Shown: one piece after another, positions 57,405-64,000 of the stretch | Numbering within the stretch: the first letter of the stretch is position 1 | Layout of the letters: the number at the start of each line of letters is the position of its first letter | Origin: Candidatus Latescibacterota bacterium | GTDB taxonomy: Bacteria; Krumholzibacteriota; Krumholzibacteriia; WVZY01 | Assembly: GCA_020352495.1 (NCBI GenBank) | Contig: CP070677.1 | Coordinates: 3,059,296 to 3,123,295 of the forward strand | Direction of reading: 5' to 3' | DNA: 64,000 nt | Notes under the pieces: generated by a model | What the model saw: only the letters and a program-made list of their open reading frames with translations | Database searches by the model: none | What the model was told of the DNA's origin: nothing | Made by a program: the position numbers and the translations under genes

Positions 57405-57446
57405 AAAAGCCCCGGTTCCGGATTTCCGGGACCGGGGCTTTTTTTG
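57405..57446. terminator. bidirectional rho-independent terminator
   Basis: AAAA, then GCCCCGGTTCCGG, loop ATTT, CCGGGACCGGGGC, then TTTTTTT. It lies between the convergent cytochrome and TPR genes. Confidence 0.85.
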
Positions 57447-57470
57447 CCTCTTTTGAATCAACAACCAAGA

Positions 57471-58574
57471 TTATTGTTCGTCGCCGTTCTTGGTCGAGTC
57501 GGCATCACTGACGACGGGTGTCGTTTTCGGTTCGGTTTCGTCGGGTTGTTGCGTGACGACGACGGCATCGACAGAGTCAGGCTGTTTGCCCGCAACCACC
57601 GCGTCGCCCCAGCTTTCGATTTCATCGACAAAGCTCTGGGCAACAACCGCGAGGTCCACCGGTTCGAGATCGGGGTCTTCGAGGACGGCTGCCACACGCT
57701 CCAAATTGGCGGATGCCTTCTCGTACGATTCGTCGATCTCGACGGCCAACTGATACGTTTCCTCGGCCGCTCGAAAGTGTCCCGTGCACTCGAGTGCCAT
57801 CCCGAGGTTGTTGAGAAAAACTGCATTGTCGGGTTGAAGCTCAGCGGCGCGCGCCAACGGCGGCAGCGCTTTGTCGAAGAGTTCTTGTTCGATGTAGACC
57901 AGACCAAGATTGTTCATCGACCACGCGTCCTGGTTATCGATCTGGATCGCCCGTTGGTACGACTCGATGGCCTGGGGCCGTTGCCGGATCTCGCGAAAAA
58001 CACGACCCTTGAGACGATACGCGACATTTGACTCCGGATCGATCTCGAGTGCCGCCCGGATCTTATCCAAGGCATCCATGGGTTTGCCCATTTCCAGATA
58101 AACACGGCCGAGGTTGAGATAGCTTTTAACATGATGCGGGTCGAGCTCGAGCGCGTGTGTGAGAGCTTCTACCGCGCGGTCATTATCTCCTGCTTTCCAC
58201 GCCGAAAGACCCAGCATGTAGTAACCCCATGGGTTTTCACTTTTGCGGTTGGTGTACCGGGTGAAAAGCTCCACAGCCATATCGTAGCGCTTCTCATGAA
58301 AAGCTGCCTCCGCCTCTTCGTACGTAACTTCCTTTGGCGGTTCCGGCACCGACGCCGTTGTGTCTTCCCCTTCGCTCGACTCCTGTGTCGCAACAATGAC
58401 GGGTGGTGGTGCGGTCGTCGTTGGCGTGGAGTTCATTGCGGTCCGCACGGCGAGGTTTGGTGCGACCGTGCTCTCACCACTGCCCCAGTCATACATCGCG
58501 ATGAACACAATTACCATAACGACGAGAGTGACGCCGGCGACCAAGACGCCTCGGATTTTCGAGCTGCTCAACAT
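57471..58574 (-). CDS. membrane-anchored TPR repeat protein
   Basis: Trimmed to the ATG at 58574 (AGGAGG upstream). TM anchor GVLVAGVTLVVMVIVFIAM. Low-complexity linker, then about 6 TPRs. Confidence 0.75.
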   Translation of the reverse strand: MLSSSKIRGVLVAGVTLVVMVIVFIAMYDWGSGESTVAPNLAVRTAMNSTPTTTAPPPVIVATQESSEGEDTTASVPEPPKEVTYEEAEAAFHEKRYDMAVELFTRYTNRKSENPWGYYMLGLSAWKAGDNDRAVEALTHALELDPHHVKSYLNLGRVYLEMGKPMDALDKIRAALEIDPESNVAYRLKGRVFREIRQRPQAIESYQRAIQIDNQDAWSMNNLGLVYIEQELFDKALPPLARAAELQPDNAVFLNNLGMALECTGHFRAAEETYQLAVEIDESYEKASANLERVAAVLEDPDLEPVDLAVVAQSFVDEIESWGDAVVAGKQPDSVDAVVVTQQPDETEPKTTPVVSDADSTKNGDEQ

Positions 58575-58643
58575 GGTGAGCCTCCTTTCGGTTCGAGCCC
58601 ATCCGGGCTCACGTCCACAGATCTGTCCTTGATCCCCCAATAA

Positions 58644-58659
58644 GGCAAGTCGAGGACCA
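58644..58659 (-). promoter_or_regulatory. candidate sigma54 promoter TGGTCCtcgacTTGCC
   Basis: Reverse complement of 58644-58659. GG and TTGC sit at exact consensus spacing (TGGCACG-N4-TTGCW). About 70 nt upstream of the TPR ATG and about 100 bp downstream of the tandem palindromes. Confidence 0.45.
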
Positions 58660-58753
58660 GACCGGGGCGAACCGCGGTTTGGCTCGAAACCGTTTATTAT
58701 ATAATTGGTTATGGGAGTGAAAAAACGGACCGCGGGTTTGTCGAGAGGGCTTT

Positions 58754-58803
58754 GTGTCCAATTGGACACACACACGACCGATCAATTGTGTCCGAACGGA
58801 CAC
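58754..58803. promoter_or_regulatory. two tandem palindromes GTGTCC-N4-GGACAC (candidate enhancer-binding-protein upstream activating sites)
   Basis: GTGTCCAATTGGACAC (58754-58769) and GTGTCCGAACGGACAC (58788-58803), with centres 34 bp apart. Both are flanked by TT...AC. They begin 7 bp after the stop of the sigma54 activator gene. Confidence 0.55.
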
Positions 58804-58809
58804 ACGTGA

Positions 58810-60171
58810 TCACGGTCGCTTTAGCTTGTGGCGTCGCATGATCTTCAGAAGGCTAGCGTGGTCGGCGAGCCCGAGTGCCTTCGCGGTGCGGCTGATGTGC
58901 CAATCATTACGCTCGAGCGCGGTGACAATGATCTGTCGCTCGGCTTCCGTCTTCAACTCCTGAAGTGTCTTGGGCTCCGCGTCCGTCGTGGGTGACACCT
59001 GCTCTCGTACCTCAACAGGCACCTGATCGACTCGGATGAAGTCGTCATCGGTGGCAATGATCATCCGCTCGATGATGTTCCTTAGCTCGCGGACGTTGTT
59101 TCGCTTCCACTCATAGCCCATGAGAAGCCCAAGCGCCTTGGGATCGATCCGCTTTCTGCGAACACCAAGACGGGCACCGATACTGGCGGTGAAGTGATCT
59201 GCAAGTTCGGAGATGTCGGAAAGGCGATCTCGCAGTGGTGGCACATGAAGCATGTGCACGTTGAGTCGATAATAAAGGTCTTGTCGAAAACGGTTGGACT
59301 CCACCTCGGACTCGAGATTGCGGTTGGTCGCGGCAACGACTCTGCCGGTCACTTCGATCGGGCGCTCACCACCGACTCGTGTCACCTGGCGTTCTTCGAG
59401 AACCCGAAGTAACCTCGCCTGCGCCGAGGGCGGCAGCTCGCCGATCTCATCGAGAAACAGCGTTCCGCCGGCGGCCAGCTCGAACGCCCCTTTGTGTGTT
59501 CGATTCGCCCCGGTGAACGCTCCGCGCTCATGCCCAAAAAGCTCGCTTTCGATCAGGTTCTCGGGGAGCGCGGCACTATTGATCGCCACAAACGGTTTCT
59601 TTGGGTCGGACCCCACGCGGTGGAGTTCGCGTGCAACGAGCTCCTTCCCCGTGCCGCTCTCACCCACTATCAACACGGGGCTGGGAATGGGTGCCACACG
59701 TGCAATCTGTTCCTTCAGTTGTCGCATCGCCTGGCTCGAGCCGATGAGTGGCGTCTCGGTTCCGAGATCCCTCTTGAGTGCTTTGATCTCGATCTCCAGT
59801 TTCGCACGTTCGAGAGCGTTCTCCACCTCTTGAGCCACCCGCTCCATCGATTCGGTCTTATCGATAAAGCTGTACGCACCGAGTTTGATCGCCTTGACAC
59901 ATCGATCGTAGCTGCCGGTGCCCGTGTAGACGATGACAGGAATCTGGATGTCCTCCTTCTTTAGCGCGCGGAGCACCTCGAATCCATCGATATCCGGCAT
60001 CTCGAGATCCAAAATCACACAGTCCACCGCGTGGCTCATAACGGCTTCCAACGCCTCTCTACCACCGGTCGCGACGAGCGTCTCGAAACCACCGATTCTT
60101 TTCAAGTCGTAGGCGTACTGTTCCGCCAAGGCGGCGACATCATCCACGACCAACACCAGTGCCATTTTCAT
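58810..60171 (-). CDS. sigma54-dependent response regulator (REC + AAA+ + HTH)
   Basis: DCVILDLEMPDIDG, GESGTGKE, GAFTGA. C-terminal HTH RTAKALGLADHASLLKIMRRHKL. Confidence 0.9.
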   Translation of the reverse strand: MKMALVLVVDDVAALAEQYAYDLKRIGGFETLVATGGREALEAVMSHAVDCVILDLEMPDIDGFEVLRALKKEDIQIPVIVYTGTGSYDRCVKAIKLGAYSFIDKTESMERVAQEVENALERAKLEIEIKALKRDLGTETPLIGSSQAMRQLKEQIARVAPIPSPVLIVGESGTGKELVARELHRVGSDPKKPFVAINSAALPENLIESELFGHERGAFTGANRTHKGAFELAAGGTLFLDEIGELPPSAQARLLRVLEERQVTRVGGERPIEVTGRVVAATNRNLESEVESNRFRQDLYYRLNVHMLHVPPLRDRLSDISELADHFTASIGARLGVRRKRIDPKALGLLMGYEWKRNNVRELRNIIERMIIATDDDFIRVDQVPVEVREQVSPTTDAEPKTLQELKTEAERQIIVTALERNDWHISRTAKALGLADHASLLKIMRRHKLKRP

Positions 60172-60298
60172 TACTCCCGGTTTGTGATTCCGATCCCTTC
60201 ACTGCCGACGGAGCCACCGTGGCGCTCCGACCAAACCGCTCACGCATTCCGGCAGCGTCATGCGTCATTCGAAACGCCATCGCAGGGCGGTGCGACGT

Positions 60299-62041
60299 CT
60301 ATATTTCGCGCCCTCCGGGCAGATCGACCAAAAAACGACTCCCTTTGCCCTTCTCGCTCTCTACATCGATTGTGCCATCGAGATCCATGACCAGTCTTCG
60401 CACGATTGAAAGACCCAACCCCGTACCATCGTCTTTTGTCGTGTAGAAATCGTCAAAGATTTTCGCTCGTTGCTCCTCACTCATTCCGATTCCCGTGTCG
60501 GCCACGGTAATCCTAACTCGTGGTCGGTCCGCCTCTCCAGATACGAGTGCCGTCGATATTGTAACGTTGCCGGGTCGGGACTCGAGGCTGTCGATCGCGT
60601 TGTCGACGAGGTTCTCGAGTACACGCCGCAGTGACACGGGATCGCCCAGAACGATAACGTTGTCACCCAGCTTCATCTTCAAGTCCGCCCGCCCCGAGCC
60701 CCGATAATCCCTGATGACACGCCGCACGATGTCGTTAACATCGCAAGAGCGGTGCTCGCTCCTCGGATATAGGCGAGCGTAGTTGGATGCGAGATTCTCC
60801 AAATAGGAAATGCTGGAATCGAGAGTAGTCTGTCTCTCCTGGAAGACCCTGGGTAATTGCCTCGGGTCGTTTCGTGCCGATTGGATCAGGTGACGGAATA
60901 CGTTGCGGATCGGTGTGAGTCCGTTTTTGATATCGTGGTTCACCTGTCTCGCCAAATCTCCGAGCGTGGCACGCCGCTCTGCATCTTTGATCAGAACCGC
61001 GCTCGCACGCAGCCGTTCGGTCATAGTGCCGAGTATTCTCGAGAGAACGCCTATTTCATCCTTGCGGCGAGTCTCAAAATCGATGTCCAAACGATCGAGA
61101 TCGATGCGTGACGTTTTGTCAGCGAGCTCGACCAGGGGCCGGCTGATCCGTGAGGCAAGCCAGCTTACTAATATGATAGCGAGCACACCGGAAGCGGCCA
61201 CGGCGAGGAGAAACCATCGATCGATGCTGCTGCGAAGAGCGTGCAGATCGGTCAGCTGGTGTGTAACGCGAAACCTTGCGTTGACCAGCTTCCCACGTTC
61301 TGAATCGATGAACGGTATGTTCAACTCCCGCACGATCGCATCGGTCGCGTCAGAACTCCGCGCCACTTCGTCTTCCGGTGATGGCACATCCGTGGTTGGC
61401 TCATCCTGACCCGCATCCGAACTCAGCATCCCGCCCGGATACACCAGCGTCACCGTCAGTTCCGCCTCACGTGCCAGACGAACAAGAAGACGTCGTCCCA
61501 CCTTCGACCCCGCGACGATGTGGAACTGCCTGTTCCCCATCTGTACGGAGTCGACACGGGCCAAAGCAAGAAACGGTGCTTCGGGAGCCCGCGCCTGCAC
61601 GAGTGCAATCCCATCGGGGGTTGCCGCCAGTAGTCTCGGCAACTGGGGTTCCATTCGATCGAACTCGTTGCGGAAATGTCCGGAACTGATAATGCGGCCG
61701 GTTTCATCCTGGATCTGGAGCATAGAGAGCCCGGTGAGCCGCATTACACGACCTGCATAATCGAGAAGGTAACGCCGCTCCTGCTCCGCACGGTCCACCG
61801 CGGCCCGGCGAAACCGGTTGTCGTCGACGACCGCTGTTCGAAGAGCGGCAAGCGAATTGGCGATTGCATCGCTTTGATACGCCGCATCCTCCTCGATAAC
61901 GGCGATCAGTGACTCGACCCGCCGCTCATACTGCGCGGTCAGGCGATCCGTCATTTCATCGCGAACGAACAGTGTGAGCGCGATCATCGGGAGGAGAACC
62001 GCCAAGAGAAACGTAACAAGCATTCGGGTGCGAAAGGTCAA
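60299..62041 (-). CDS. sensor histidine kinase with large periplasmic domain, HAMP, HisKA, HATPase_c
   Basis: Two TM helices flank a 270-aa extracytoplasmic domain. H-box ARQVNHDIKNGL. G boxes DTGIGM / GTGLGLSIV. Confidence 0.85.
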   Translation of the reverse strand: MTFRTRMLVTFLLAVLLPMIALTLFVRDEMTDRLTAQYERRVESLIAVIEEDAAYQSDAIANSLAALRTAVVDDNRFRRAAVDRAEQERRYLLDYAGRVMRLTGLSMLQIQDETGRIISSGHFRNEFDRMEPQLPRLLAATPDGIALVQARAPEAPFLALARVDSVQMGNRQFHIVAGSKVGRRLLVRLAREAELTVTLVYPGGMLSSDAGQDEPTTDVPSPEDEVARSSDATDAIVRELNIPFIDSERGKLVNARFRVTHQLTDLHALRSSIDRWFLLAVAASGVLAIILVSWLASRISRPLVELADKTSRIDLDRLDIDFETRRKDEIGVLSRILGTMTERLRASAVLIKDAERRATLGDLARQVNHDIKNGLTPIRNVFRHLIQSARNDPRQLPRVFQERQTTLDSSISYLENLASNYARLYPRSEHRSCDVNDIVRRVIRDYRGSGRADLKMKLGDNVIVLGDPVSLRRVLENLVDNAIDSLESRPGNVTISTALVSGEADRPRVRITVADTGIGMSEEQRAKIFDDFYTTKDDGTGLGLSIVRRLVMDLDGTIDVESEKGKGSRFLVDLPGGREI

Positions 62042-62047
62042 ATCGGA

Positions 62048-63514
62048 CTACCTCCCCGCCGACGTTCTGTTGACGACGAAAACGTTGCCGTACCAGTCGG
62101 TGGTCAATCCAAACTTGTCTTGCTTCGCTATGACGTACGGGCGTGTGTCCACGAGTGGAATCAAAGCCTCGGATAATTCGAACCCCAGGGCCGCCAACCA
62201 AGGTGCGCGCTTCAACAGTTCGCACGCCTCATAACACGGATCCGGGGGCCGCCGGGGAACTGAGACCATGTAGGCGAAGTCATCACCGCTTCGGAGGCTC
62301 CGGCTCAATTCACTCGTCGTCGTACCTTCCGCAACCATTTCGAAGGTGTTGCCCTTTGGAGCGCAGACTGCCGATATGACGGCAGCCGCGTCGGGAGAAG
62401 CGCCAGGATCCGTTGTGGCGAGCGCGACGATCCTCTCGGCGAGATCCCGGGCAACTCCATCGTTCGAATCGTAGACGATACGGAGCACGCCGGACGACGC
62501 ATGCACAGGTGTAGGTCCAGAGTGGGCGGTCACAAGCTCACCGCAACGGTCGAGATCATCCCACCATGACGGCGGTCGATACCCCCGAGCATCGCCTCTT
62601 ACCGCATCCCTCGCCAGTCCGTCCAATAGATCCGAAGGGATCGTCTCGGGTACGGTGCCGTTCCTGAGTCTCACGACCCGCGATGTCGAGAGAAGCACGT
62701 AGGTTCTCTCCCACGGGAGCGCGACCGTGACAAACTGTGGCCGGCGCCGTGCGTACTCGACTACGGCGGGATCTGCCGTGACCAACATTTCGATAACGCC
62801 CTCTAACAGATCTCGTGGGTCATCCGCGGAAGTCTCCATGAACTGGATGTGCGGACACTCTGCGCCAAAGGCCGCGTGGGCCGAGAACATGTGTCCCACC
62901 ATCGGGGTGGAGACTCTCTTTGATGACGTAATCCGATAGGGTCCGGTACCAAGAGGCCATTGTGAAGTGGTAGAGGGTTTCCGCACCGCAAAGACGGATG
63001 CAGTAAGCGTACGTGGAACCTCGCGTGAAGGTTGTTTGAGATACACGTGCACGGTTCTTTTACCAGCAACGCTGGCTGAATCGATGACGGTGTCGAGCGT
63101 CACGGCGTCTTGCCAACTCAACACGACGTCGCTGGCGGTCACAGGCGTGCCATCCCAGAAACGCGCACCCTCACGCAACTCAAACGTCCAATGCAAACCG
63201 CCTTCCCCACTCTTCCACGACTCAGCAAGACCTCGCCGTACCTCGCCGAGGCAGTCGACATTGATCATGGTCTCGTAAAGATGACCGAATAGGAGCTGCT
63301 CGCCGGCGTTGCCCGCCCACGGAGCGCGACCCGGCTCAATTGCGTCAAGCAGCGCGATTATTATCGTGTCCGCGCGTTCCGTAGGTGCCTGAAGGATCTC
63401 ACATTCCGACGGGAGCACCGACACCGGCCTCACGACGGGCCGCTTGCCACAGTCGGCCAAGGCAACGAGCGTAACCACCCCGATGATTTTCAAAAGGACT
63501 GACGCGCGCATCAT
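62048..63514 (-). CDS. family-5 solute-binding lipoprotein (peptide/nickel type), not linked to an ABC transporter
   Basis: Lipobox LVALADC. SBP_bac_5-like LAESWKSGEGGLHWTFELREGARFWDGTPVTASDV. Stop is 6 nt before the kinase start. No permease or ATPase genes nearby. Confidence 0.75.
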   Translation of the reverse strand: MMRASVLLKIIGVVTLVALADCGKRPVVRPVSVLPSECEILQAPTERADTIIIALLDAIEPGRAPWAGNAGEQLLFGHLYETMINVDCLGEVRRGLAESWKSGEGGLHWTFELREGARFWDGTPVTASDVVLSWQDAVTLDTVIDSASVAGKRTVHVYLKQPSREVPRTLTASVFAVRKPSTTSQWPLGTGPYRITSSKRVSTPMVGHMFSAHAAFGAECPHIQFMETSADDPRDLLEGVIEMLVTADPAVVEYARRRPQFVTVALPWERTYVLLSTSRVVRLRNGTVPETIPSDLLDGLARDAVRGDARGYRPPSWWDDLDRCGELVTAHSGPTPVHASSGVLRIVYDSNDGVARDLAERIVALATTDPGASPDAAAVISAVCAPKGNTFEMVAEGTTTSELSRSLRSGDDFAYMVSVPRRPPDPCYEACELLKRAPWLAALGFELSEALIPLVDTRPYVIAKQDKFGLTTDWYGNVFVVNRTSAGR

Positions 63515-63692
63515 AGAATAGAAGCCCCAAGAATTTGCGGTGCCATCGGAATGCCGGGCATTACAAGAATCGTAGGATTCTTAGGAACCTTGGGAGTTTC
63601 AGGATTTCCCATTTCCTGAGACGAAGATAACAGGACGAGAGGGTCTGTCAATGGTGAGGGCGTTCCTTTATACAGGCGTTTTGGAATTTCGT

Positions 63693-64000
63693 TTACGGTA
63701 ATTGATTCAAACGACTTCGTGCATCCTCGACCTGGCGCAACCCGTCGTCTGCCCCAGCCCACATCTCTAGAAACGTTGTGAACGCCCGTTTGGCGTCGTT
63801 AAAACGGTTCATTTCCCGATAAATCTTACCCAGCTCGTAGTGCGCAAGAGCGTGGCCCCCGAATTTCCGGAGCAACTCTTGATTCGCCCGTACGGCCTCA
63901 TCCAACTGCCCCGCCATTCGATGGGCGCGGGCGCGGGCCTCAATGAGCTCAATCGCATACAGCCCGCTGGGCGGTGCTCCATGTCGCTCCATATCGCCAA
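63693..64000 (-). CDS. C-terminal end of a third Ser/Thr kinase-TPR paralog (5' part beyond window end)
   Basis: The frame is open to the window edge. The last 100 aa align with the C-terminus of the 51379..54306 product (HALAHYELGKIYREMNR...FTTFLEMWAGADDGL versus HALSHYELGKIYDEMGR...YTTFLEMWSDADENL). Confidence 0.6.
   Translation of the reverse strand, partial: GDMERHGAPPSGLYAIELIEARARAHRMAGQLDEAVRANQELLRKFGGHALAHYELGKIYREMNRFNDAKRAFTTFLEMWAGADDGLRQVEDARSRLNQLP

Noticed and set aside
63537-63552. Perfect TGGCAC on the minus strand upstream of the SBP gene.
   Set aside because: The -12 position reads ATTC rather than TTGC. The element would also put the transcription start on top of the start codon at 63514.

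Overview
This is a 64 kb chromosomal window of about 55-58% GC from an uncultivated Gram-negative bacterium. Four C-terminal T9SS sorting domains (ending ...YFYRIKAG..KKMVFLK), many sigma54 activators and Ser/Thr kinase-TPR proteins suggest the FCB superphylum or a neighbouring candidate phylum; that placement is inference. I found no rRNA, tRNA, CRISPR array, transposase or integrase. Coding density is high, and most long antisense ORFs in the track are high-GC shadow frames.

Content, left to right:
- serpin / ECF sigma / anti-sigma operon
- corA and two MscS channels
- a long minus-strand gene string: groES-groEL, hsp20, then a translationally coupled 4-gene enzyme operon (PLP enzyme, DUF1611, PP-loop::creatininase fusion, dipeptide epimerase)
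- MarR and GH130
- an ATP-grasp::M20 fusion with GGT and an FGase-family enzyme
- a 2021-aa T9SS-sorted S8 peptidase with a 1.47 kb internal duplication, plus a small partner gene
- three paralogous kinase-TPR genes
- C69 dipeptidase and a beta-lactamase-like lipoprotein
- a triplicated array of small secreted Cys-rich CARDB-like proteins, directly downstream of an atypical Cus/Czc RND efflux operon with a divergent sigma54 two-component system
- an orphan ParA
- a six-heme cytochrome c carrying a T9SS tail
- an SBP / histidine kinase / sigma54 regulator module, with a predicted sigma54 promoter and tandem palindromes in front of a TPR gene

The most novel candidates are the hypervariable paralog array, the PP-loop::creatininase operon and the T9SS-tagged multiheme cytochrome. 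All domain calls come from motif reading by eye; no database search was run.
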